A DNA stretch of 64,000 nt, taken from NCBI RefSeq assembly GCF_006345805.1, contig NC_043000.1, positions 138,818,001 to 138,882,000 of the forward strand. Direction: 5' to 3'. The stretch's first letter is position 1. The number at the start of each line of letters is the position of its first letter. The notes beneath the pieces were generated by a model. That model worked only from the letters and a program-made list of their open reading frames with translations, ran no database searches and was not told where the DNA came from. Positions 36,684 through 50,913 of this stretch are shown here, piece after piece. The DNA comes from Octopus sinensis (taxonomy: Eukaryota). The translations under genes were made by a program, and so were the position numbers.

Positions 36684-38260
36684 CTTTTCACATGCCACTG
36701 GCATTGGCCTCTTTGCCTCCATGAGGCCCAATGCTCAAAAGATGTTGTTTGCACAGGGGCATCATACAATCTACCTTTCACTCTGTGGGAAAGGCCTTTG
36801 TTGCCAGCATGGATAAGAACTCTCTTAGCTTCACCCAACCTATTCTTATTCTCACAGTTACACTCTTGGAGCATCCACTACCACAACTAACTTGGTCACA
36901 TAGATAACGGAAGCTATCTACTACCCCTAGCTTACACCCTGGCAGTTGTATTCTATTTTCTGTACATTTTCAGTGTTTATTGTACCTGTGAATCTTCCAC
37001 ACAAAAGTTATTTTCTCTGTTAACCTTCTTCTGATATTATTGCACCTTTTATGAGTTCATAGCTTGCACCAGGTACATCATATGGAGCCTTTTCTACAGA
37101 TTGAGTGGGGCCATCTACCTGTAGGGATTTGTGATTTGTCTGCTTTCCTACTTGCTATGACTTTAGTTTTTGCTAGGTTAAATCTATGACCCTTCGATTC
37201 TAGACCTTGCTTAGATATTTTAAACTTCTTTAGTTCTGGTAGTGATTCAGCTATAAGAACAAGATCATCAGCATAGAGGAGCTCCTGGGGCAGCCTGTCT
37301 TAAGTTCCTCTGTTATTGCTTGGAGTACTATGATGAACAAGGGTGGGCTTAGGACCAGTACCTGGTGAACCCATACTTGTAACCTGAATTCTTTGCTGTA
37401 CTCATTACCAATCCTCACTTTACTGATAGTGTCCCTGTACATGGCTTGTACCACTTTTACCAACCATTCGTCTATCACTAGTTTCCACATTGACCCCAAC
37501 ATAAGGGATTGGAGAACCCTGTCAAAGGCTTTCTCCAAGTCAACAAAAGCCAAAGTTTATCTTTGGCTATATATTTCTCCTACAGCTGTCTTACCAGAAA
37601 TATAGCACTAGTGGTACTTCTCCCTGCCACAAAAGCAAACTGCATTTCATCTAGATTAATTCGTTCCCTAATTAGTAGAACTATGACCCTCTGTGTAATT
37701 TTCATCACTTGATTGAACAATTTGATTCCTCTATAATTATTACTCTTACCCATGTAGCAATTGCCTATGATACTGCTACACCAGTCATTGGGCATAACTC
37801 CTTCATGAAACACCTGCTTTATAATGCAGCTGACTAGACTATAACCCACACCGCCAGATATTTTAAGCACCTCAGTGATGATTCCTGATGGGCTGGGGCT
37901 TTCCCTGTCTTCATATCCTTAATTTCTTTATCTACCTAGGTACTGTTGATTCGGATAGCTGGGCTCTCAGTTAGGTCAACATTTGGCAGACTCTTCCCCT
38001 CTCATTCATTCTCCAAATTCGGCAGTTTTTCATAATGGCATTTCTAAACCTCTTTCTTTGCTGAATCATTAAATGCAAGTGAGCCATCATCCATGCAGAC
38101 ACATTTCTCTCCTATCACTTCACAATTTTCTCACACACGCTATCTTGCAATCCAAAAACACTTCATGTCTTTGGTCCTAACGTTGCTGAATTTCTTCCTT
38201 TCTGCTTCTCCCTTGGCTAGATATACCTGTCTTCTAGCTTCCCTTCTGGATATCTGATGT
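36684..38260 (-). pseudogene. Degenerate RTE-clade LINE reverse transcriptase region
   Basis: NYRGIKL..EMQFAFVAGRSTTSAIFLVRQL; AFVDLEKAFDRV..SPPLFIIVLQAITEELKTGCP; KGLSHRVKGRLYDA. Confidence 0.9.
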
Positions 38261-38406
38261 ATATATATTGTCACTATGTATGTATATATATATATAATTC
38301 ACTCATCACTAATTGTGACTGAGGGTGCTGGGTAGCACATATATAGCTAGAAATAAGACTTAAAATCCTTGGAACTGCAAGGAAGCACATTTTTATATAT
38401 TGACAT

Positions 38407-38822
38407 ACTCTTTTCTCTTTTACTTGTTTCAGTCATTTGACTGCGGCCATGCTGGAGCACCACCTTTAGTCGAGCAAATTGACCCCGAGACTTATTCTTT
38501 GTAAGCCCAGTACTTATTCTATCGGTCTCTTTTGCCAAACCGCAAAGTGACGGGGACGTAAACACACCAGCATCGGTTGTCAAGCAATGCTAGGGGAACA
38601 AACACAGACACACAAACATATACACACACACTTATATATATATATATACATATATACGACAGGCTTCTTTCAGTTTCCGTCTACCAAATCCACTCACAAG
38701 GCATTGGTCAGCCCGGGGCTATAGCAGAAGACACTTGCCCAAGATGCCACGCAGTGGGACTGAACCCGAAACCATGTGGTTGGTAAACAAGCTACTTTAC
38801 CACACAGCCACGCCTGTGCCTA
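38407..38822 (-). mobile_element. SINE family A flanked by 130-bp direct repeats
   Basis: Repeats at 38277-38406 and 38840-38969, with 2 mismatches. Confidence 0.9.
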
Positions 38823-39149
38823 AAATGTTGTGCCCTAGGTGTATGTATATATATATATAATTCACTCATCACTAATTGTGACCGAGGGTGCTGGGTAGCA
38901 CATATATAGCTAGAAATAAGACTTAAAACCCTTGGAACTGCAAGGAAGCACATTTTTATATATTGACATGAGAGATAATGTATATGAAAATGTGCTTCCT
39001 TCCAGTTCTAAGGGTTTTAACTCTTATTTCTAGCACAGTCAGGGATGATTGAATTTTTCCTTTTTGGTTTTACATTGCATAAAGCTGTCTACATTATGTT
39101 ATCTATATCTAATATCCAACTCATGAAAGAAAGATTAAAGCTTTTGGTA

Positions 39150-39760
39150 TTCATTACAGCTCTTCTCTCGCTTGCTTGCTCTGTATTTCCTTCTCCCTCT
39201 CTGGCTGACCCCGCTTCTTCCTTCTATCTACCTCTCTTTCTCTTGTTTACTTTAACTCCTTCTCTCCGTGACTCGCTCTCTTTCTCTTTCTCTCTCTCTC
39301 ATGGCTCACTTTTCCTTTCTCTTTCTAGCTACCCTGTCTTTCACACTCTGTCTTTTAACACTAATTGACTCGGTCTCCTTCTGTAGCTATTTCTAACTCC
39401 TTAACCCATTCTCTCTTGCCACAACAACTCTTCCTCTCTATTTTCCTTTCTCTTGATCACCCTTACGCTTTCACTCGTCACTGTTCTTCATTTTCGCATG
39501 TTCTCCCTGGTTTTCCGCCCTTTCTGTTTCTCTCTCAGACTTCTTGTTGGTTCCCTCTTCTCTCTTTAATATCTGCATGTGTATAAGTCCGTGTGTTTTT
39601 CTGTGCGTCTCTTTGTATGTGTGACATGCAATTTTTATTCATATATATATATATATTTATATATCTACATATATATATATATATATATATATATCTACAT
39701 ATATATATATGTGTGATTTGCATTTTTTATTCATATATATATATATATTTATATATCTAC

Positions 39761-39819
<59 letters not shown>

Positions 39820-39970
39820 ATATGTATGTATGTATATATATATAGAACTGGGAATATCTGTATGTGTGACTTAGTGTACTTCTATGTCTGTATTATGTTT
39901 ACACACACATGTACACATACATACACATGTACACACATACACACATGCACACACATAGACACACACACAT
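39150..39970. repeat. Low-complexity block: CT-rich tract, (TA)n with a ~92-bp internal duplication, (CA)n
   Basis: Visible directly; ATGTGTGA..TGCA.TTTTTATTCATATA occurs twice. Confidence 0.85.
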
Positions 39971-42127
39971 AAATTGCATGGATGGCGTCATTCTAGTCGG
40001 TTTGTGATGAAGTCAGTTTTATCTAGTCAGTCAAAACCTGTTTCCCATCTTAATAATAGAATAACTGCATTATAAAACAAACAAACAAACAAAAACAAAC
40101 AAATAAACAAATACCTAAATTATTCAATTGTTACCAATCTCAAGTCTGTTTCTCTTTGGAATTACATTTGAGAGAATATGGATTCTAATATTCATAGGAT
40201 GTGCAATTCCCATTTTCCTGAAGTCAATAACATGATGACATTGCATAAATCTTTCAAGGCTCATCTAAATGTTAATGGCTTGTATTTGGACACTGTTTAG
40301 AAATAATGTTTCTCTGTGTCCTCTGGGTTTATATACTCTTCTAAAATAAAGCCTTTTTCTCTTGTACTTTTTATTTTATTTTATGGTTGTTGTTGTTTGA
40401 GGGATTCTTTACTGTATGGGGTGGTTGGGGGAATATTTTGTTACATTAAAATCAATTGTTCTGTTGCTTTTTCTGGTGAAGTTAATAGTAACAATTTGGA
40501 GAATGTGTGAATAAGAAAAACGAATGTTATATTTACTAAGGTAAATATTGAACTTGAGATAGTCACTTTTAAAAATTTCTTTTGTAATGTAAATTGATGG
40601 TTTAATGATTTTCTGTCAAAAATCACTATTTTTGCATATGTATTTATATTAATTTTGTTTTATTGTAGATTTTTATCGTTTCCCCATTGACATTTTAATA
40701 AGGTGTGCAAATTTTGCTGTTCCCACAGAATTCTATAAATATTTGTTTGTCAGAGATTTTGCAAGTTTTCTTTTTAATATTTCTTCTAGCTGCATGGCAG
40801 CCATGCAAATACAAGACAGAAAATAATTATAGATAAATGCATCATAGTGGAACAAGAAATGAATTAAGCCTTGTTCAATCACATAGACGAGGCAATCATT
40901 GCTAATAGAATTTTAATTGATTGTTTTACAGCGCATTATTATTATTATCTTATCTTCTTTTTCAGCTCTGAGCCATGCACCGGTGTCATGACTTCACCTG
41001 ATTTCAAACATCCTGTAAAAGGATGGATGATTAAGTTAGAATCATTAGACAAGATTCAGCTTTTTCAATATTCAAATTGAAAAACAGGTTTTGTTTGAGA
41101 AAATCACAGAGCATTTGACTCTTCCTGCTGGCTTATAGAATTATCTTATTATCCTCACTATTTTTTTAGAATCTCAGCTAGTATTAATGTCACCATGTCT
41201 ATAACTCAGCTTGTCCTACAGATACAGAAGCTACCGAAGAAAAAAAATCAGGTGAACAAAATGGGAATTGAAGCAATAAAAGAATAGAATTTTCCTTTAA
41301 ATCTTTAATAACTTATCCAATTTCTCTCTTTGAAAACTTAATATTTTGGTATTGATTTATAGGAAAGTGATAAAATCTTTATTTGTTTTTGTATTTATAG
41401 ATGAATATATGCAGAACCCATAGGGAGATGTTGCTGTTTTATCATTGGAAGATTTGGTTTATTGTCTGCATATAAATCAGGATATTTTCAAAACTGGTTT
41501 TGATTTACTTATTGACAGTAGGAGCAAAAATAAAAATTGATGTGTATGTTGAAATTAATTTGTTGAATATTAGGTCCTTAGGAACAGAGTTCTTACTTTA
41601 ATACTTATAGTAAAGTTAGAACACTTAAATCTTAATGCAAAACTAATTTTGATTTATACTGCCAATCTGTTGAAATATTCTGTTGTAGTTATTTTTATAT
41701 CCATTATTGTGTAGGCTATTTGCCAATTTCAATCTATTCAAAACATACACACAAACACACACACACACATGTACATCTCATAACTCTCTCTCATGCTCAC
41801 TTTACATACACACACACATATATATATATACATATACACACACACACATGCACAAACATATATAGAAATCACAAATCTATTCCATTAAATATTTTACCTT
41901 CCTATAAATTATCATCTTTGAAAATTGTTTCTAACCAAAATGTGGATAGAATCTAATGTATAAATATATATGCAAATATAAATATGTGTGTGTGTGTGCG
42001 TGCGTGCACGTTCATATGCATGTGTGCGTGCGTATGTATGTGTGTATGTGTGTGTGTGTGTGAAATCACAATTAAGAAAGAAATTTGTTTCTTATTTATG
42101 ACATAAATTAATCAAATGATATTGTGA

Positions 42128-42537
42128 TATTCTTTTACTTGTTTCAGTCATTTGACTGTGGCCATGATGGAGCCCTGCATTTAGTCAAATCAAATCGACC
42201 CCAGGACTTATTCTTTGTAAGCCTAGTACTTATTCTATCGGGTGCTTTTGCCGAACTGCTAAGTTACAGGGATGTAAACACACCAGCATCGGTTGTCAAG
42301 CGATGTTGGGGGGACAAACAAAGATAAACAAACATATGCACACACACACAACACACATATATATACATATATACAATGGGCTTCTTTCAGTTTCCGTCTA
42401 CCAAATCCACTCACAAGGCTTAGGTCGGCCTGAGGCTATAGTAGAAGACATTTGCCCTAGGTGCCACACAGTGGGACTGAACCCAGAACCATGTGGTTGG
42501 TAAGCAAGCTACATACCACACAACCACTCCTGCACCT
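42128..42537 (-). mobile_element. SINE family A
   Basis: Family A motifs. Confidence 0.9.
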
Positions 42538-42950
42538 GGTTGCACTCAATATTGAATATTGGAGCATTTAGGTGACAAACCCCATTTTGGTAGGAGAAAT
42601 TTTGTGAATAAAGCATCATTGTGTGTTTTGTTAAACATGGCTACTTGTTACATATTGTTGACAAGAATAAAAACTATTTTAGAACTGAATCATTTCAAGG
42701 TAAAATGCAATTGTCAGGTGTCCTACAAATCATTATGGCAAATTTTCATATTTTGACCATGCCTTGTCATATTGTTGCATCAAATCTAGATATCTGTCAG
42801 ATTTGGCAACTGATATTTAATCAAATGTCAATTCCTTCAAGATATTTCCTGATCACGTGTATTCCATTGCTAAGTTTTAGATTTATAAATTTACTAATGA
42901 GACAGATACACAAATATCAAGAGGCTGACTAAATGAATGAACTTCTTGCT

Positions 42951-43338
42951 ATTCTCTCTTTTACTTGTTTCAGTCATTTGACTGCGGTCATCAACCCCGG
43001 GACTGATTCTTTGTAAGCCCAGTACTTATTCTATCGGTCTCTTTTGCAGAACCGCTAAGTGATGGGGACGTAAACACACCAGCATCGGTTGTCAAGCAAT
43101 GCTAGGGGGACAAACACACACACACACACACACACATACACACATATATATATATATACATATATACATATATACGACAGGCTTCTTTCAGTTTCCGTCT
43201 ACCAAATCCACTCACAAGGCATTGGTCGGCCCGGGGCTATAGCAGAAGACACTTGCCCAAGATGCCATGCAGTGGGACTGAACCCGGAACCATGTGGTTG
43301 GTTAGCAAGCTACTTACCACACAGCCACTCCTGCGCCT
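42951..43338 (-). mobile_element. SINE family A, sharing diagnostic variants with 38407-38822
   Basis: Both carry GGCATTGGTC, GGGGCTATAGCAGAAG and CCAAGATGCCA. Confidence 0.9.
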
Positions 43339-43692
43339 GTGCATCTTTCTCCTATAGTTATACAAATTCATTATAGCATTATCTCCCAAGTAAATGAATT
43401 TAATTTTTGGAACTAAAGCATAGTTTTATTTTGTTTTCTGTACACAATTCAGTACATCTGGTTCTGGGTTTCATTCCCTCCAATAAATTTATTTATTAAC
43501 TTCATTTGAATGTGCTATTTTAACATTAGCTGTCCTACTTCTCATTAGCTGTTTCACCATATGATCATCATTTTAAATATTCTACTCTGCTTTATAACGA
43601 CAATACTTTAGTTTTTCTGTTTCTGTCTTATCATAATCAGAAATATTAAATTTCTAAATATCTCCTAGAGATATGTACGGTGGTGCGGCGAT

Positions 43693-43966
43693 AGAATGGT
43701 TGTATACTGTCAATTTAACGTGACAGTAGGGGATTACACCACCGCTGTTTAGCCCTAAGAAGCATCGACGCCTCCTGATGGCTTCGACACATTTTTTTCT
43801 GTGTCCTTATATATTTACGAAGGGTATTTGTCTCCACTTCGTAAATGTATAAGGACACAGGAAAAAATGTGTCGAAGCCATCAGGAGGCGTCGATGCTTC
43901 CTAGGGCTAAACAGCGGGTGTGTAATCCCCTACTGTCACGTTAAATTGACAGTATACAACCATTCT
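43693..43966. repeat. 274-bp palindrome (130-bp arms, 14-nt loop)
   Basis: Arms at 43693-43822 and 43837-43966 are near-perfect reverse complements. TTCTGTCTTATCATAA occurs at 43621-43636 and 43963-43978. Confidence 0.92.
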
Positions 43967-46900
43967 GTCTTATCATAACGACTTGACTATTTTCTTCTAC
44001 AGGGAAAATAACTTAGCTAATTTCAGCTACAATGCTATGACTTTGCTATGATATTTGCCCCACACTAAAAACAGATTATGTATATTTCTCTGTCTCACAA
44101 GAGAACCTTAACTGTGCTCCTCTGGTTCCCACTCACAACAGATTGCCAGTTCTCTTCTGTCGTCCTACAACAGTAACATCACATGCTTTTTTTTTTTCAT
44201 TTCTCATAATGAATACAACTTAGCTATTCAGTTCGCCCAAACAATGACAGTAGATTATCTACTCTCCCTCTGAGCTACCTCCACCTTCCTTTCTGCTTCA
44301 TAATAACAACTTCATTTGTTCTCATCTGCTTCACATTGACAGCAGCTTAGCTGTTTTCTTTTGCTTTATAATAACTATTTCCTTTTGTCTAATAATAGTA
44401 GCAGCTTAGCTAACAACAGATTACTTATTCTTTTCTACCCTAAAATCATTATATTTTGGATGCTTTTCGTTTACCTCACAATGATTATATCTTAGCTGGG
44501 TAGAAGTGATTAATTTGACAGGAGTACTTGACTAGCATTTATTTGCTAAGTACTGAGGTGGATTTAATCAACTTGATAAAATCGGTCTCCTAAAGATTTA
44601 ATTCTTTAAAAAATTACAAATATAAATTTTTTTATTGTATATGAAGTATTGTATATTTTAATATTCCTTTAGATTTGATAATTTTCAATAAAAGGTTGTG
44701 TGTGCGTTTGTGTCTTGGCAGTTGCAGTGTGGGTGCATGCAATGTATGTGCGCAAGTTGTTTGTGCAATGTGTATGTTTATATGCAATGTATGTATGCAA
44801 TATCTGTGTGTGTTTGTTCACATGTCTGTACACAATGTGTGTTTTGTACGCATAATTTCCATATATTTTTGTCTGTGAAGCATGTTTGTATTATTTTGGA
44901 GTGCAGAAGAGTAAGATATATGGCATCAGAAACTTTGATAACTATTAAGAAAACCATCAATACTTTTTTGATTCCTCTAAAATGCTGTCATCATCAGTGT
45001 GGAAAATGTATATACAGTATGTAGTTTTCGATGTGTGTAAATATGTGTTCTGTTTGCGTGCATTCTATGAGTCCCATTGTGTCACAATATCTGCTTGCCT
45101 GTGATTATTTTTTTCAATGAGCATATGTTTTATGATATATGCAACTCTTACAGATATTTGTGATTTGTCTGTTTTGGCTTATACATAATATAAAACAGAC
45201 TCCATTTGCCATATACATTTCACTGGGAACTCTATACTGCAGTAGACAGAGTGCAGTGTGAAAAATTATGTATAAGTGTTTCTACAATTTCCAGAGGAAA
45301 TAATTCTCTGTAGATCATAAGTAGTAGTTTTGTGTTGTTCTATAGTTGACAAGTTTGTGAGTAAGCATTTATGGCCTTACTCAACCTGCAAGAAAGGGGC
45401 AATCAAATCTCCCTGAAGGTAGTGCTAGGTACACAGTGCCTGTAAAAGGTGACACCTGGAATGTCTCTGATCATAGATTCCTTTACTGGGGACTACCAGA
45501 TGCTGAGCAATAAACTCTACTGCAATTAACTCATTTTCATAAATGCATTTGTTTCATTCTTACCTTTTAATTTCAAGAATTCTAAAATATTTACAGGAAA
45601 AGCAAAAGATATTATTTCTGTTATTGTAATATTGTATAGACTACTGGATCTAATATATAGGAGTTTGAGCAGTGCTTATAGCCATTGTGTTGTGATGTTA
45701 GATGTTGCTGTTGTTGTATAAAACCAGAGCAGTCCTTGATCGGGTATACCAATGATTAAATTCTCATGAACTTTCCTTAACTTTTCCTAAGTACAGTGCA
45801 CTCATCACCATATTATTCATCGTGTTTTCTTTTATTATTATTAGACTGTGATTTGTAGAAGATTTAACTGCCATTTAGCAGGTTGAGTGACTGTACAAAA
45901 GCTCTCCCATTGTCCCATTGTGTGTTAGATTATATCAAATGGTCACATATCAGAGATATTTTCCCATTTTTTATTGCAAAATAAAAAGGAAGGACAGCCT
46001 ACATGATTTTATTGGACCTGAACTGAATACTTGCAACAATTCTGCTAAAGGTATCCAAGAAACACTTGCTGTTAAACTCGGTGACCTATGAAGACTTGTG
46101 GTTACAAAAACTCCCAACAAATAAAATTTGAAATGCAAATGTAAATCACAGAAAAGAGTGGTGCTAATAATTTCCTCTGAAAAAAAAAATTTCCATTTAA
46201 AAGTAATATTGAACTGGATGTCAATTATTTCTTTTCTCTCAAATTCTTCTTAAGATAGAATATATTACAAGTACTTTTTTGTCACTTGGCCCTTTGGAAA
46301 TATGTCCATCACATTTCTTGATTTGTTAATTACATCATGACCTTAATTGAACTGCACTTCAGCTTTCTTATGAAAAGTGGTTTCCATTATGTTATGTTAC
46401 GAAATACGTTGCCAGTCATTTCATTTTCATGCTTCAATGTTTTCCTAACTACATACCATGTTAATGTTAGTGATGGATTTGAATACAAGATTCTCAATCT
46501 TTTGATACCAACTGCCTGAGACAGCCCTGATACAAAGCTGTCTATTTTAAAAAGTTAATATTTCAAGCCTTTGATCTTAATTGTAAGTAAAACCCATTTA
46601 AATTCTGTTTTAAAAAAAAGACAAGTTAATAATACAAAATTTAATTTACTTCATTTTCTCAAATATTCAATAATTTTTTTACAAACGAATTGAAGCAGAT
46701 TGGTCTGTAGCTCATGATCAATTTAGTCATGAAAGGGTTAGATTGTAAACTCCTGCTTTTATGACAAGACAATGCAATATTAGTATTAATGCTATTATCA
46801 GTCTTGAAAAATTATAATTTCAAATTGCTAACATAAAATTATTACTTCAGATGTTTTTAAAACTAGAACTAAAATAATAATTTCTGTCATAGGGTGTTAT

Positions 46901-47452
46901 TTAAAAAATGTTAAATTTTAATATGTATCAAAAATTCAATATGTAAGTTTTCTGAATTTATAATTTTATTTTAGTGCTCATGCATTAAAAATATAGCATT
47001 ATGAAAATGATTTATTCAGGATTAGCAACATTCTTGGATAACATATTTGGGAAAGACAAATTTATTGAAAAACACTCACAGAAAAACAAACTGGCCAAAA
47101 GACAAATTGATTGAAAACATTAGTTGACATCAAATTCATCAAAAGATATCCAGTAAAAAATGTATAGAAAACTAACTTTAAGAAAATAAATAACATTATA
47201 ATTTTAAATGAACATTATAAAACAGAATATGTTCACAATTTGATTTCAGGCATTTTTAAAATCTAAAACTAAATGCAACTATAAACATGTAAATATTGTG
47301 ACATCTCATTTTGTAAAAGCTACAGAGGACAAATTCTAACTTCACATTAGCAGCAGTTTTCCAAAACAATGCTTTTGATTAGGTTGTCATTAAATACCTC
47401 ATATGCTGTCTTTTAGTTTACTTCAATAATGGTTAGCAAGTTAATGCAATTA

Positions 47453-47822
47453 CTTGTGAGTTGAGTTGGCTTCTTCTACCACCCTCAAGGCATCTCGAAC
47501 CATGGCAGTGGAAGAAGTTTCGTGGGAATATGAATTTCACAAGCGGTCCCCAACAATCCCGCATGTAGAGACATCCTATTTGCCTTAGATTGTCCGCAGA
47601 CGCAGGGACAGAACGAACGAGGAGCTGCTGGTTGCCAAAACAGACACTCCGAGGATTTTCACCAGAGCCCCCTCTGCCAGGTTGTGGCCCTAATACCACT
47701 TGGTGTCAGACCAATCTGCCTTGGGTGGCCCTACCAGGAACCGAAGTTCCCGACGGCATAGCTCTGACACTACCCGTTGCCAGCGTCCCCACCACGGTGA
47801 GGAGGAGATGGACTTTGGGGAC
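47453..47822 (-). mobile_element. 370-bp GC-rich non-autonomous RTE-derived retroelement with 17-bp TSD
   Basis: TSD GCAAGTTAATGCAATTA at 47436-47452 and 47823-47839. 5' part resembles RTE 5' UTRs (GAGCTATGCCGTCGGG..CCTGGTAGGGCCACCCAAGGCA; recalled). 3' end CAACTCAACTC. Confidence 0.72.
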
Positions 47823-50800
47823 GCAAGTTAATGCAATTATATAAATAGTACATGTATACATGCTTGCTAGATTGGTTGTTTAGCAGTCTTTAATCTTATG
47901 TTATAGGCATGGAAACAAAATTATAATTTTTATCAGTGACTATTGATCAAAGTGCACAAATTCATATTTACTGACTTGTGACATTTGACTACTAATCAAT
48001 TTAATGTAATGGTGCAAAATATTGTCATGCACACAATTATGATTTATAACTATTTCTACTCAAATCTTCAAGAAATATCAATATTTTGATGACAAATTAC
48101 TTTTCCACTTTTTATTTGACTAATATATTTTGAATCAATTAGACTTTTGATGAATTTGTTCTTTCACGAATATTTCACTAGGAATGCATGAAAAAATTAT
48201 TTCAAGATACTACAGTTCTGATGAAAGAGAAGATAGACGACCATCTCAACTGGAGATACATGTTTCTGTAGAAATTCTGACCTGCACAAGCTTGTTAGAA
48301 TGCCTGCTAAAATAGTAGGGTAATATACACTCATTAATAATCTTCATTGTTAACTTTTGTTGAGCATATATTTAACAGGTCAGTTAATCAATGATAATGT
48401 TTTTAAAACTAATTCACACAAACAAGATTCTAATGAATACAAAGTAGTTAAGATGGTAAAAACCTCTATTAGTAGTATTTAAACAAGATTAGCCCAAGTT
48501 GTTCCCTGTTATGAATGGCTATGTTTTATTTACTAATGAATAATAGCCTTTGCAAGACTCACTCTCACTCTTCTGTGTTTTGATAGCAAAACTATTGGAA
48601 GTGATCAATACAGATGGCATTTGTTTGAAAGATTATCTTGGTAATCCACCATGATGTTAGAAATTTAAAAGATTCCAAAGCTATTTTATTTGCTGTTTAA
48701 ACTACTGGCTCCTACCATATTGAAGGTTTAAGCTGAAGACACTAGTATAGTATGTTCTTGCATTTAAATTCAGGAATGTTTTAATATATTGGAAAATTTC
48801 AACAAAAGAAAATGAATTTTTTGTTATTGAAATCACTGAGTTGTTGCATTTTTTTTTCCTCCAGTACTTCAAGATATCAGATATTAAAGAAATAATCAAT
48901 TCGTTTCTAAAGCACATTGAAAACATACTTCATGCTAAACAAGTCTGAGAAAGAAATATTGAATAAATCAGGCACCATATGATAAATTATTCAGAATTGT
49001 TGATTTTTGATTGATTAAAAAATCCCAACATAGAAATTAACAGGTGGTTAGTTGATAATTCTATTTAAGTTTATTGTTGATTTTTGTGAAATAAATTATT
49101 GGGCTATATTTAGAATAAATAACATATTTGTTATTGACCTGTGAATATCAGATAAAAGAAAAAAATGTTAAAAGAGTACTTTATTAATTAGCTTTTTAAT
49201 GCACAATTTTTTTTTCTGTCAAAATACATAACCATAATTGAATAGATTCAGACAGTATTATGATTTATGACTAAAATATATAAACAAAAACTGAAACAAT
49301 AATTTTAGAAAATTTTTCAGGGACGCCTTCTGCAGAAAACCATAGTTAACTGTAGGCTAACATTCTTAGATTTTTTTATCAGTCGATCTGTACTGTATAA
49401 TGTCCAACATGTTCCTTTTTTGAAAAAAAAATGTATATGATTTGAGCGAGATTTTCTGCCATTTCTAGCAGGTCAAGTGATCACCTAGAAGTGTCCTTAT
49501 TGGATTATCAAATTTATTTGAAATGATTCAACTTCAGATCAATGTTTATATCAATAAAAATTACATTTTGGAACAATTGTATGCTGTGGGGTTTGGCTGC
49601 CCAGTTTAACTACAGCAAACATATGTATATAAAGAGGCTTCCCTATGCAGTTGGCATTCCCAGACAATCCACACTAGGCCACTATTTTGAAGATGTTTAT
49701 CAGAGTGAAAAAGGCACAAAAAAGAATTGTTTCAGCAACTGTGTTTATAAATGCAACAATTTCTAAAGAAAGTGAGGTGAGTCTGATCCAGAACTCTCCT
49801 TTTCTCTAATAAAGGTACTGGAACCTCTTTCTTCCATTTGGTCACAGTTCTTTTTTGGTTTTTTTGTAGTTGTTTGGTCTAGATCAACTGAAACTTTGAC
49901 TGAGCAGAGCCATGATCTATGGTATTCCAGCTGTGATCATTTCATCATATGTGGGGCATTTAGAACTATATTATCAAATAATATTTTCCTTTTTAAGATG
50001 ATAGTAAGGTGTGATTTGGAAATATTTAGCTTATATTTCTAGCAGCAAGAATAACCATGTAGCGGTTCAATCATTATCTTATGTATGCTTGTGTAAGTTT
50101 GGCAGAAGTCATATTAGAGTTGGGTTTGGGTAACTTGGCAGGAAAATAACAATTGTTGTTCTTTTACACATATCATTAGAGGTGGTCATGCCAAGATGGT
50201 TTTGTGCTAGTTAAGTTATTGAGGCTGCCAACATCCCTTCACACACGTCCTTTATTTGTTTGTTTCAACTGATTTGAGGAATTAGGATTTCAAGAGTGGT
50301 GTAATGGTTTTTAAGCATTAAGGTACCTCTACATTAATGAATGGCTACGTGCAAATATATGGCACCACTCAGCCTAGCAGTATTAGCAGACCAATTCCTG
50401 TCATAAGAGATGCTACTTAAAATAGGAAGAAAAAAAATCATACTAGATATGCAAGAAAACTAATAGATAGCATATTTGCAACTGGAACACAGGTCTACTG
50501 ATGTAGAAAGTAGTAGAAAAAAATGTGTAAATTATCAGATTGTGATAGAATAATCCTGAAAATAAATATATTGTTGGACAAATGTTGAAATACAGTGTGT
50601 GCAGAGAAATGAAATCTGTTGCCTAATTTCATTTATTTTAAGAAAGCTAGTTACCCAGCTGTAAACAGCAGACAGTAATAAAGTATATTGAATTCTTTCT
50701 CTTCATTTCAACTAGGCAGCTTTTCAGATTTCTCGCTTTCACTGTCACAAAATATAAAATATTTTAAAAGACATTCATTATATATATTTGCATACAAACG

Positions 50801-50835
50801 TGCCAGCACCCACAAACACATAATGTTAGTGTGTA

Positions 50836-50843
50836 AGTGTGTA

Positions 50844-50910
<67 letters not shown>
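50836..50910. repeat. (GT)n(GA)n microsatellite
   Basis: Visible directly. Confidence 0.95.
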
Positions 50911-50913
<3 letters not shown>

